Under the pieces are notes generated by a model. It was not told where the DNA came from. It saw nothing but the letters and a program-made list of their open reading frames with translations, and searched no databases. From Macrostomum lignano (Eukaryota): a DNA stretch of 64,000 nt. Each line of letters begins with the position of its first letter. Within the stretch, counting starts at the first letter, position 1. Made by a program: the position numbers and the translations under genes. This document shows, one piece after another, positions 1 through 10,599 of this stretch. The stretch is taken from positions 1-64,000 of the forward strand of contig NIVC01003805.1 of assembly GCA_002269645.1 (NCBI GenBank), read 5' to 3'.

Positions 1-930
1 GGAGTCGGAGGTTAAAATGTCTGTCTATTTTATGCACATCAAGGCTGAAGTATGGATCTGTAGCTCTTCTTTTGGTGTCCTTCTCTAGCTCTCCAGGTAG
101 ATATAAAAAGCGTAGAAACTCAGAGTTTGTCAGTATGTATGGTGATTCAACTCCTGGAAGCTTATGGGTAGTTCGAGGTGTGTTTTGTGTTGTGTGTGTT
201 GTGTGGGGTTGTCGTGTTGTTGTCTGTTCTATGAGATGCCTTAAGTTCGACAGTGTCTGTTGTTTAATTGCATGGGATGGTTTCAATCCAGTCATGCGTG
301 TGACTTCATTGTTCAGTTGCTCTATAACAGTGGGGAGTCTTTCTGTCCACTTGGTATAGTACTGCCGCCACTCAGTTTGAGTTCTTGCGCTGTCTGCTTA
401 GTGAATAGTCTCTTGCTAGAGTTAGATTGAATCTTTCCAAAAAGCCTGGTCTCTGTGCAAGTTTGTTCTGCCATAGCGAATCTCTGTGTTTTTCTTTTCC
501 ATAAGGGATTTCACTACACCCATGAATTCCTTACCCGGGTCGGTCATAAAGATTTGGGGGTATGTGAGCGGAGAGTTTTTATAAATATCTTGCAGTGCGC
601 TGGCAACAACCTCTGACTTCTTCGTCTTGAGTGGGCGAGCTTCCTTATATCTGGAAGCAATGTCAATAATTGTAAGAGCATACTTGTAGCCTGAGTCGTT
701 GGGGAAACAAAAGATCTGCTTGGTGCGCTTCATTAGGTTTATAAATACTGAAATGGGCCTTTCAAATTTTACTGGTGGAAATAGACTGAAAGACAGCCTG
801 CTTAGAGAGCCATTTTTTCTACTGTAGCTTTTGGCTCTTTACTCAGCTCCATGAGTTTACTAACAGCATTTTTGCCTACAAAGAATCCTTTGTCGCTGTA
901 GTAGAGTTTTTTAAGTTTCTGATCTGTCAT
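1..930 (-). pseudogene. Maverick/adintovirus-type rve integrase (element 1), frameshifted, running off the window start
   Basis: ATG at 930 reads MTDQKLKKLYYSDKGF..KWLSKQAVFQ..FERPHFSIYKPNEAHQADLL..YKYALTIIDIASRYKEARPLKTK..MTDPGKEF..ERFN..WTERLPTVIEQLNNEVTRMTGLKP..FLYLPGELEKDTKRRATDPYFSL. These motifs match the adintovirus/Polinton integrase family; several frameshifts are needed to join them. Confidence 0.85.
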
Positions 931-960
931 TTATTTAAAAAGAAAATTTTAAATAAAATA

Positions 961-1404
961 ATGCAGCGCTCTGGTGGTAAAATAGATTCACATGGACTGA
1001 TAGAAAAGCTTCCTCATCCAAACAAAGGCTGGACACTTCCCGGCTATAAATATTGCGGGCCTTTGAATCCTCTTGAAATACAGCTGGATGGAAACAACAA
1101 CCCAAATCCTGGGCATGAGCCTGTGAATGAGCTAGACTCTGTCTGCATGTGGCATGACGTTAAATATAGAGATTTTCCTGAGGAGAAGAATCGTTGGGAC
1201 AAAGAAATGCTTAAGAGACTAGACAATATAGGGGCTTCAAGCGGATTTCGTGAGTCGATCGCTCGGAAGCTAGTTAAAGCTGTTATTTTTAGTAAGACAA
1301 AACTGGGGTTGGGGTGTACGCCGAGGGCGGTGTTTTGGGAGAGAGGCGAGTGCACGGGAGAGAGGCGAACGCACGGGAGCAGAGTTTATTTTGTGCGCTC
1401 CTAA
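961..1404 (+). CDS. Parvovirus VP1u-like phospholipase A2 domain protein (adintovirus PLA2X-like)
   Basis: GWTLPGYKYCGPLN (Ca-binding loop), D..C..HD..Y (catalytic HD) and terminal KTKLGLG. Divergent from the integrase across a 30-nt AT-rich gap. Sequence after KLGLG looks non-homologous; a degenerate partial duplicate lies at ~1940-2018. Confidence 0.85.
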   Translation: MQRSGGKIDSHGLIEKLPHPNKGWTLPGYKYCGPLNPLEIQLDGNNNPNPGHEPVNELDSVCMWHDVKYRDFPEEKNRWDKEMLKRLDNIGASSGFRESIARKLVKAVIFSKTKLGLGCTPRAVFWERGECTGERRTHGSRVYFVRS

Positions 1405-2340
1405 CAATGAATTGGGAAGACTGCTGAAAGAGCTGGGGGTAGAAAGGGGCGCTTGAATCGGGAAGGGCATGAGCAAGTGTGGATTTGAGTAAGTACAGTT
1501 TTTTATTCCCTAAAGAGTTGCGCACAAGAGAGATTCTCATTCTCCAGAGAGCTAGAGAGCAGAAAATAAAAAGTCAACCGCTTCGCCGCCATTAGCATGC
1601 ATGGACTGTGTATGTTGAGATTCCCTCCTTGATTGATATTGATTATTGGCCAAATTGCGAGGCCAGTTGGCCCGCCGAGTTGGCCTCGGCCCGCGATTTG
1701 GCCTCGGAATGTGGCCCGCCTAGTTGGTCTCTACGGTATGAAGATATGGGGCGGGTAGAGAGAGGCGCTTGAGTCGGGAAGGGTAAACTATTATTCTCAG
1801 CCCTAACCAAGCGCAACAGCTGCATTTTGAAAAGTAGAAGCAGAAGGGGGTGGGGTAACTGCTATTTGCTGAGGGAGCGCAGCCCTCTAATCGATTTTGC
1901 GAATGTACAAGTTCCACGCGTGCTTTCCTTTCCGCTTTGACAAACCCAATCAACCAAGGAAATGTATGGGGACTTCAAGCGGGTGGAGGGAATCAATCGC
2001 TCGGAAGCTAGTTAAAGCACCCTCACATTCACACGCCTCATGTTCTATCGTTCACTGAGCTATATCGATTATTTTTTCCCTGCTTGACTCCAAGATTGTA
2101 CAGTCTAAGAATTTTCTGGAATTTTCTAGCTGTATAGCTGTATTTAAGCAAATGCAGAAACACTCGGGTTGATTCTCCCCGCATATGCCATCAACTGCGA
2201 CTGAGAAACGACGACTGCAGGAACTTAAGCACGCTGAAAGCGATCTAAGAAATTGTCCGCCAAACTAGAAGATTAGAAGACAAGAAGATTTAGAAAATGG
2301 AAGTCGAGTGGAATCTTCATTTGACAGATAAGCAAGGCCT

Positions 2341-2973
2341 TTGTGCCATGCTACAAAGAGTTTTACAGGATATTCCGTCACATCTACAAGCAAGAAGAAG
2401 AGAGGAACTAACCACCTTTTTCGGTCTAGAAACTGGCGACCTACCAATCGAGTTTTTCGCCATGGCCCTGATGATATCGCCGCAGCGAATGAAGCGCAAA
2501 ATGTGAGTAGCGAAGAGAAGAAGGCGGCGGCTCTGCAGAAGAAGATGGCGGATCTGCAGATATTCAGGGAGAAGTTGTACGCATCCCGCGTAACACTAGC
2601 TGATCAGCTGATGGACGCTGTTGATCACCAGCTTCCATCTGGCGAGCAGAACATCATCACTAGGGTGAAGGCGGCTCTAGCAAAATACAAGAAGACTCAA
2701 ATTGGAGGTCTACATTGGATTCTCGAAGTTGGGCGGCTGCTAAAAACTTATCGCACCGAGAACTTTGGACAAGATGTTAAAGTGCGGTTCGCCCATTTGT
2801 GTAAAAATGTAAACATCCAGGAATCAACTGGCTATTTGTACATTCGTCTGTACAAACTGTCTGTTACCTACCCAGGCTTGAGACAGGTGTCAATGCCAAT
2901 TAGGGAACTAAACTCTAAGATGAAGTTTCTAGAAGAAATTTTGGCCAGTGATCCTGCGTGGAAAGTTGTGTAA
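2341..2973 (+). CDS. Hypothetical helical protein, weakly DUF3102-like
   Basis: 210-aa ORF, protein-like from about aa 50. ILEVGRLLK....FG......ESTGYLYIRLY loosely resembles the DUF3102 pattern; the true start is uncertain. Confidence 0.35.
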   Translation: MCHATKSFTGYSVTSTSKKKRGTNHLFRSRNWRPTNRVFRHGPDDIAAANEAQNVSSEEKKAAALQKKMADLQIFREKLYASRVTLADQLMDAVDHQLPSGEQNIITRVKAALAKYKKTQIGGLHWILEVGRLLKTYRTENFGQDVKVRFAHLCKNVNIQESTGYLYIRLYKLSVTYPGLRQVSMPIRELNSKMKFLEEILASDPAWKVV

Positions 2974-2994
2974 TTTTTAAATTCAGTTCATTTA

Positions 2995-3440
2995 GAATTT
3001 TTCTAACGCGTTAGAATTTCAAAGAGAAGATTCAACAACTGGAGACAGCCGATTGGTTAAGTAGAGGAGGGTAGCAATTTTCTCAGTACTGTGTGCAACT
3101 CAGTCGGTGGGTTTTAAATTCTAACGCTGTTAGAAATTTCTATGTGAAAAGTTTCCCGCAAGATAAGCTTGGGCACACCAAATTTTCACATAGAAAATTC
3201 TAACGCGTTAGAGAATCTAGCTGCTGGCTCAAAGGAACGCTAGGCTGGCTCTGTATGGTTAAAAAGAGGGGGGTAGAAATTTTCTAACGCCGTTAGAATT
3301 CTCTATGTGAAAAGCTTCCCGCATGATAAGCTTGGGCACACCAAATTTTCACATAGAAAATTCTAACGGCGTTAGAGAATCTAGCTGCTGGCTCAAAGGA
3401 ACGCTAGGCTGGCTCTGTATGTTGTTGAAGAATCTAACGC
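2995..3440. repeat. Array of TTCTAAC-N(2-3)-GTTAGA(A) palindromes within a ~164-nt tandem unit
   Basis: Perfect 16-bp palindrome TTCTAACGCGTTAGAA at 3001, with variants near 3119, 3199, 3282 and 3361. TATGTGAAAAG(T/C)TTCCCGC recurs at ~3141 and ~3305. Confidence 0.85.
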
Positions 3441-3749
3441 AGATCCTACATAGTGTCTGTTTTTTCTACCATTTTTGATACTCTTGTAATAGTTAATACA
3501 TATCCTATCAGCTGTGCAACCGTTAATAAATATATAATTCTTACTAATGAATAATAAAATTATTTTTTTTTTCAATGGGTAAGGACCCTGGGTCAGGGGA
3601 TTTAAAGTTTTAGGGATGTGGTAGCACGTTGCGGATTGAATGTGGGGAGAAGAATGCAGATTATTTTCTGATTGTTTCGAAGATGCTATGGATGGATGTC
3701 AGTGGATTATGTCTGTGTCAGTGAGCATAACAGGTGTCCTACTGTTATG

Positions 3750-3985
3750 CTCTGATTCTGTCAGGGATAATGCTCTGATTCTGTCAGGGATAATATGGAT
3801 GGATTTAATTGGATTATGGAGGATGTTTGTGAGCGAGTGCGACCCCCCTTTTTTTCTTATTCTGTCGGGGATAATATGGATGGATTTAGGTGGATTATGG
3901 AGGACGTTTTCGGAGCGAGTGCGACCCCCTTTTTTTCTGATTCTGTCAGGGATAATATGGATGGATTTAATGGATTATGGAGGAG
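3750..3985. repeat. 81-nt tandem repeat (~2.5 copies)
   Basis: CTGTC(A/G)GGGATAATATGGATGGATTT at 3781, 3862 and 3943. Confidence 0.85.
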
Positions 3986-4791
3986 GTGAAAAATTTTGTC
4001 CAGAAGCCCCTCATGCCTTCTACTATGGTACGACCTCAGCTCACTCCTTTTATTTTTTTAACCTTTTATGCCTATGGCCATTGTTGCTTACTTTCCCAAT
4101 ATTACTGATTAATTTTATATTATTAACGTGTTGTTGCTAAGACCCTCTGTCTAGCTTAAACTTTCTATTCTTCAGCATTAATTGGAGTGTCTCTAATAAA
4201 CGTTGTTCAAAGTTTGCCGTGCGCAAAATTCGTATTAAGCGCTGAATAGAAACTCAAGTATTGCACAAATAAGAATACAGTATTATAATTGGTATGCGGT
4301 CAAAGCCTTTCCTACTACTCAATAACTCGTACTTAGCCAAATGTTCAACCTACTCCAATGCACTACCCTTAATCGAAGCCCACAAGCTACGTACACTCCC
4401 TCTCGCTACAAGACAAGGCTCTTAAAAAGCTCCGAAGCAGCGCACTGGAAAAAATCACCAAGACAATTCTTGGCTCAACTTGCCAAAAGAAACAAAAGAC
4501 ACAAGTTTTCAATTTAAGACTGTATAGTGGGTGCTTGTCTACCAATTTTCTACCGTTATCAACCACACCTATATATTATGCGTCTTTTTCCTAATACGTT
4601 TTGCTTGCATTGCTTACATTTTTTACTAATTAAATTTATTTTGCGGTTTACTCGCTTTACTTTAGCTATAGAAGAAATATACAAGAAACTAAAAAACAGC
4701 TTACGTACAACAGTTGTTTTTCAAAGCCTCTATTAAATTACATAAAAAGCCCAAAGTTTAAAGTATCATTCAAACCTCAGCCTTTCTTCAC

Positions 4792-5121
4792 TTAATTGTC
4801 CATCGTCAAATCAAAGTATTCCTCCGACTTTATTTGAGCACTTCCTTCCTCGTGGATATTCAAGCGATAGCCGTTACTCCCGTTACTCGTTGAGATCAGA
4901 ACAATCTCCACGCCTACTTGTCCTCCTTCAACCCTTCCGATCGTGCTTTCGTAGCCCGGTGGGGGTCTGTTAAATACCCCGTTTTTTTGGCTGCAAGAAG
5001 TAGAAATGCAGGGCATTACTGCAAGATCATTTAAAGATTTTTGTTAAACACAAAGTCAAATAATTGCTTACCTTCTTTGACATACCGCTCGGCTAAGGCC
5101 TTTTTATGCCGACTTTTCCAT
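4792..5121 (-). pseudogene. Small two-exon orphan gene B, copy 1 (exon 1 damaged)
   Basis: TATATAAAAAGG at ~5208-5219; ATG 5121; GTAAGC donor (intron 5019-5071, 53 nt); TTGCAG acceptor; exon 2 open to TAA at 4792. Paralog at 12054-12390. Confidence 0.55.
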
Positions 5122-5229
5122 ACATTCGCCCGTAGTATTGTAATGTATAAAAATATTCTTTTGGAACGCGGCTAAGTTGGATTTGTTAGACTCCATCTCC
5201 TCTCCTTTTTATATAGAGTTGGCCCAACA

Positions 5230-5520
5230 GAGTGGGCCATCACGACCTGCAAGTCTAGCGATATCGAACCGGGCGTGCGGTTTTTTGTTTCAGAAGAGAT
5301 GAGCGATCACCCCATCTTCTTTAGTCCTTGCTACAACTGACTTATTCTTCTTAACCCCACTAACTTTTGTATATACAACAGCTGACAGTTCTTTGAAGAC
5401 AGCCGTGAAGTCGGCAGATTTAGCAATCTCGCTTTGCAGATCGTCCACAACCAAAAGATCTCCGATCGTAAGCTCCCCAACAATGCGCCTGTAAAACCCC
5501 GAATAAAATGCGAGCGTATA
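5230..5520 (-). pseudogene. Chimeric fragment: Maverick ATPase Walker-B region fused to repeated ORF-A segment
   Basis: 5395-5520 matches 21605-21730 (GDLLVVDDLQSEIAKSADFTAVF). 5230-5395 matches the segment repeated at ~12500-12640, ~20430-20600 and ~42150-42310. Confidence 0.7.
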
Positions 5521-7552
5521 TGATGTGTTCCTTACTACCAAGACTTTCTTAGTAATCAAGGAACAATCACTTCTAGCTACTGCTAGGCAACCCAGTAATC
5601 AAACGAAGGTATTTATTACCTTGAGTCCTGACTAGTGTGATGTGTTCCTTATTACCCGACTTTCGATAATCAAGGAAAAATCACTTCTAGCTCAGTAGCT
5701 AGGCAACCCAGTAAGTCAACAGAAGGTATTCAATTACCTTGAGTCCTTTGGAGATCTCTCGGAGTAGCTCTCGATTAGTTTCAGTTGATCTCGTACAGTC
5801 ACTTCTGACTATCGTTTGTAGATCGGGTCCGATTCTTCTTTCTTCTTCAAATAGTTCCGGCCGGATTCTGTCGCTCGACCAATTGATGTGTCCCTTATTA
5901 CCCGACTTATGGTAATCAAAGAACACTCACTTCTAGCTCAATAGCTAGGCAACCCAGTAAGTCAATTAAAGGTACTTCTTACCTTGACGTCGCTTGGAGA
6001 TATCTCTTCTGTAGTCTTCGAGTAGATCTCGCTTGTCTCTATGTGATCTCGTAGATCAGGCGCCTTGATTCTTCAGTTGCTCTGGTCCTGGTTCCTCTTG
6101 TACAGTACTTCCGATAAGTTCCTCCGGCCGGTATCTTCAGTCAGGACCAATCAGAGGCCTCGTATCAACAATGGGTACCCTGCGCCGAACAGCGGTTTGA
6201 ATTAAGCCTCCTTCTTCTAGCAGTGCTCTTGCACTCTAGGTATAGCTCCGGAAACCACTTATAGTCCTCTAAGATCTATCAGGGGCAGTCCTTCTGGAGA
6301 CTGCAACCAATGGAGTCTAAACAGACTCAAGAGTCTCAACAGACTCAAATAGATTCAAGTCTCGATAGACTTGAGCGAGACGTCTCTAACACAACAGGCG
6401 CAAATCAGGAAGGCTTACCGCAACAACTCGACCGAGTCTCGATTGACTTGGTGATCAGGAAGTCCTCCTAAGGCTTCCTCTTCGGAGCTTCTCCTCTCGT
6501 CGGGAGTTGGCTCCTGGTCCGCTTCGGACCGCTTGTATTTATAGGCAACTTTTTGATCCAAAATAGCATCATTACAAACCACGTGTTGCGCTAAAAGGGG
6601 AAAATGGCTCATGGCGTATCATTTTGGTAACATCTTTTCCTGGTAGCGTGATTCATTCAAAGCTTAGGCGCACATGCGTGTACTTACTTACTTGTAGTAG
6701 CATTATACGATTATCTTCTTTTAACCTTTTTTTAACGGGAGGTAGAACACTCTACAAGTGCTCTTCCTGTGAGTTGATCTCGCAATAGGATTCAGTTAGA
6801 TCAGTTGATCTGGCGCCTTACTTCTTGTCTCTGTTCCGAGTCTTCTTTGTGCTCCTTGACTTCTTGCCGGCCGGTGTGGTATCTGTAGTTCGGACCAATA
6901 GGAAGCTTCGAATTAACAATGGGATCCCTGTGCCTTACTTTGGTTTCTAGAAAGCCTTTTCCTTCTAGAGCGCTGCTATGCACTCTAGGTATGGCTCCGG
7001 TAAGCTCTGATAGTCTTCTAAGATCTATCAGGGTTAGTCCTTCTGGAGACTACGACCAATGGATTCTTAATGGATTCAAGAGTCTTAACAGACTCTAACT
7101 CAACAACAATACGAGTCGACTCTAAAAACGGGTGCAAATGAGAAAGGCTTACCGCAAGAACTCGAACGAGTCTAGGTAGGAAGTCTCCTGATGGCTTCCT
7201 CTTCGGAGCTGCTCCTTCTGGAGTCTAAAATCTGAAGCTCCGGGTCCGCTCTGGACCACTTGTATTTATAGGCAATCGGACCCCACATGAGGTTCATTGT
7301 CTTAAATGTCAAAGGTTCACGGATTGGTTGCTGTCAAACATGGCATGGTAGAAAGTTACTTCATTGGTTTAGTGTAAGCGCGCATGATAGGGTACAGCAG
7401 CTCAGTTATTTTTAGATATTTGATCACTTCTAGGTTGATCAAATTATTTGTATGGGTTAGTGCATATCTTTATACATGCTACTTGTCTTACTACTATATA
7501 AGTAGTACGTTAACAATTTTATGGATTTTTGAGAGAGGCTGAATACTCTACA
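5521..7552 (-). mobile_element. LTR family L, copy L1 (probable 3' LTR), interrupted by nested copy L2
   Basis: Begins TGATGTGTTCC at 5521 and ends CTCTACA at 7552. TATA (CCTATAAATACAAG on minus) at ~7260. A degenerate PPT-like flank follows at 7553+. Confidence 0.85.
5638..6756 (-). mobile_element. LTR family L, copy L2, nested in L1, with an extra U5-side segment (5638-5883)
   Basis: TG...CA ends; 4-bp TSD AGTG at 5634-5637 and 6757-6760; a second TGATGTG start at 5884. Confidence 0.9.
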
Positions 7553-7711
7553 AAATCTCCCATGTTACAAAAAACTCGTCCCGAGTTTGAATAATAATAT
7601 AAATTTACAGAAACCTCTTGAACTTGATATGGTATATATTTATATTGTCGGTATGTTACATTGTATACATTAGTAGTGGATAGTTCTGTCAGAGTTAATG
7701 GAAAGTTATCA

Positions 7712-8017
7712 TCAGATAAATGCAGATGACACTTGCCCCTGTGTTGATGCCGCTCGGACGATCAGCCGAAACCGATTCTGAGCACGGCTGTTGTCTGGCG
7801 CGCAGCATACCACTGCCCAGAATGTCGGCTGAAAGCGTGTGAAGCGCGGTTCCTCTGTGCGCTCGAGTATCATCAGGTAGGCGTCAATACTCGTGAGCCC
7901 AGGGTGCTCGCGAGCCAGGCTCCTGGCAATGCCAAGGACGTGACGCCACGACTCCTGATGCCGGTGCGGCCACGGCCACGACCGGACGGCGATGGACAAC
8001 TGCTCGAAGGCCAAGCT
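7712..8017 (-). pseudogene. C-terminal half of a paralog of the double-RING ORF, truncated by L3
   Basis: FEQLSIAVRSWPWPHRHQESWRHVLGIARSLAREHPGLTSIDAYLMILERTEEPRF aligns with LEQLAIAVRSWPWPP*HQASWRTVLNIARDLAREHSELTAVDAYLYLLERTEDPRF at 9528-9790. Confidence 0.8.
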
Positions 8018-9316
8018 TGATGTGTTCCTTATTACCAGATTTTCTCTGTAATCAAGGAACCACCACTTCTAGCTCGATGCTAGGCAACCCAGTTATCAGT
8101 AATGGTACTGTTTACCTTGACTTCAGTTGAGATATCCCTTAGTTGTTCTCTGGTAGGTCTCGTGTCGATCTCTACCGTGAGTAGTTCTCAATCTTCTTCT
8201 TCGTACACGTCGATGGTTTGATGACCAGGTCCGAATCTCTGGTAGTCCTTCGGTGAAGTAGTTGAAGTAGTTGGTCGTTCGGACCAATGATGTGTTCCTT
8301 ATTACTAGACTTTATCTGTAATCAAAGAACACTTACTTCTAGCTCTTTAGCTAGGCAACCCAGTAATCAAATGAAGGTATCTGTTACCTTAACTCCGGAG
8401 TAGTTTCCTCGATACTTCTTGGGTCGACCTCGAGCGTAGATCTCGATGTAGATTTCGTCAACTTCTAGACGTCTAGGGTTAGTAGACCAGGTCCGAGTTC
8501 CTTTCACTTCTGGTTAAGTAGTTCCGGCCAGTATCTGTAGTTCGGACCAATAGGAAGCTTCGTATTAACAATGGGTACCCTGCGCCAAAACTGCGGTTTA
8601 AGTCAAGCCTACTCCTTCTAGCAGTGCCTCTATGCACTCTAGGTGTAGCTCCGGTAATCACTGATAGTCTACCAAGATCTATCAGGGTAGTCCTTCTGGA
8701 GACTGCTGCCAATGGAGTCTCAATAGACTCAATAGTCTCAACAGACTCTAACCCAACACAAGTGAGACGTCTCAATCAACGGGCGCAAATGAGAAAGGCT
8801 TACCGCAAGAACTCGAGCGAGTTTAGCTAGGAAGTCCTCTAGTGGCTTCCTCCTCGGAGCTGCTCCTTCTGGAGTCCAAAATCTGAGGCTCCGGTCCGCT
8901 CTGGACCACTTGTATTTATAGGCAAACGGACCCCACATGAGGTCACGTGAGTTCGACTTCTCAACTGTTAAAGGGTCACGGTTTGCTTGCTGTCAAACAT
9001 GGCAGGTTAGAAAGTTACTCCATTGGTTTAGTGTAAAAACGCATGATTGGTTACAGCATTTGAGTTATTTTTAGTTAAATTTGATTGATTGGTTCACTTG
9101 AGTGCATGCTGAATGATGCATCTCCCTGGGGTTTAAGCTGACAAGCGCGGGTCACACGAGATTGGGTGATTTCTAAAATTCGCATGCTCGAGATTTCTCT
9201 CTTTCTATTGGTTGATTCAAATATATATATGGTTCAGCGCATCTCCTTATTCATGCTCCTCATTTTACTACTATATAAGTAGTCTAAGTATTATTCTGGG
9301 GGTATAATACTCTACA
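8018..9316 (-). mobile_element. LTR family L, copy L3 (3' LTR) with an extra U5-side segment (8018-8287)
   Basis: TGATGTGTTCC at 8018 and again at 8288; CTCTACA end at 9316; adjacent PPT. Confidence 0.9.
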
Positions 9317-9333
9317 ACATCTCCCTTTTTTAC
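9317..9333 (-). promoter_or_regulatory. Polypurine tract preceding 3' LTR L3
   Basis: Minus strand reads AAAAAAGGGAGATGT|TGTAGAG. A homologous degraded flank lies at 7553-7585. Confidence 0.65.
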
Positions 9334-9527
9334 GAAAAAACTCGTCCCGAGTTTTAATAATGACAGAAAATGCATGAGTAAAGTTTCTATATAGGGAGTA
9401 TATTTAGCACTGTCAACTTTACACTGAATATGTCAGTAAGGGTTAGTACTAGTCTAAAGTTATTAACAGTGAAATGGAGCTGGCCTTTTTCTCCGCCGTC
9501 TGTCCGATGTTTGTGCTACCGAGACGT

Positions 9528-10163
9528 TCAGCCGAATCCAAGCCTGAGCACGGTGGAGACCTGCTGCGCAGACCGCGCAGCCAGGCATGCCACGGCCCAG
9601 GTCAACGACTGAAACCTGACGAAGCGAGGGTCTTCTGTCCGCTCCAGCAGATACAGGTAGGCGTCGACGGCGGTGAGCTCCGAGTGCTCACGCGCCAGGT
9701 CCCGTGCGATGTTGAGCACGGTACGCCACGACGCCTGGTGCTAGGGCGGCCAGGGCCACGACCGAACGGCAATCGCCAACTGTTCTAACGTCATGAGGTC
9801 GGGATTGGTGAGCGACAGCTCAGGCACTGCTGACATAGAAGCCAGCAAAAGGACTGTCGAGTGTGTCACCGCCTCCATACACACGGTGCACGTTTGAATG
9901 TCGCGTGCACCGTACTTTCGAAGACAGTCAGCACAGACCCAGTGCCGGTTCGCACAAACCCGGAACTGGGGCTGTTCGCCGCACAGGGCACAGGTGACCC
10001 TCGCTCTGCGACACGTTGGACACGTCGTTACCATCGTGACTGTGCCTTCTAGTTGCCGGGCTGCTGTGTCGCAGGGGAGACACACTTGGTGTCCCCACTC
10101 GCAGGTCGGGAGCATGAAATCCCGCATCTCGAGGCAGCATGGACATGGTGTGTTCTTGGCCAT
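9528..10163 (-). pseudogene. Tandem double C3HC4 RING-finger protein with C-terminal WPWP domain; one in-frame TAG at 9741-9743
   Basis: RING1: CPCC-x10-C-x3-H-x2-C-x2-C-x16-CPTC. RING2: CALC-x8-C-x3-H-x2-C-x2-C-x11-CTVC. ORFs 9741-10163 and 9528-9719 are in frame (636 nt in total), and the paralog is open at the stop position. Confidence 0.8.
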
Positions 10164-10232
10164 CTGCGGGTGAAACGTATTGTTATTATAAAATAGTCAG
10201 GGGCTATCCTGCATACATAACCAGCACATATC

Positions 10233-10589
10233 TTAGTAGTCAGATCGTAAAAGCCATATAAAATAACTACGTGACCTAATTAACCGTTGTAACGCATGAC
10301 AATAGATATGCAATGTCCAATGAAACTCGTTATGAGCCTGCAAAAACTGTCTTAGATGACGTTCTATGTCAAAAGGTAACATGTGTCGCAATATGCCTTG
10401 AGCGTTATGTGCGTAAAGAAGCAGTTCGTTACGTGATCGTCGAGTGAAGCGAGGGACTGGCCAAAACTCCAGTCGCTGCTCGATACTTATAGCGGTTAGG
10501 GTGCGAATATGGTGAACATTTAAACATCGCGCGGCGTCGGGTTTGATACGGCACCATTTCTTACATGTAAAGGTGCGGCTACATGACAT
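10233..10589 (-). CDS. Hypothetical protein with a weak F-box-like motif
   Basis: 118 aa; LPFDIERHLRQFL resembles the LPxEIxxxIxxFL F-box/PRANC core. Lies directly upstream of the double-RING ORF. Confidence 0.3.
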   Translation of the reverse strand: MSCSRTFTCKKWCRIKPDAARCLNVHHIRTLTAISIEQRLEFWPVPRFTRRSRNELLLYAHNAQGILRHMLPFDIERHLRQFLQAHNEFHWTLHIYCHALQRLIRSRSYFIWLLRSDY

Positions 10590-10599
10590 ACTACGCTCG

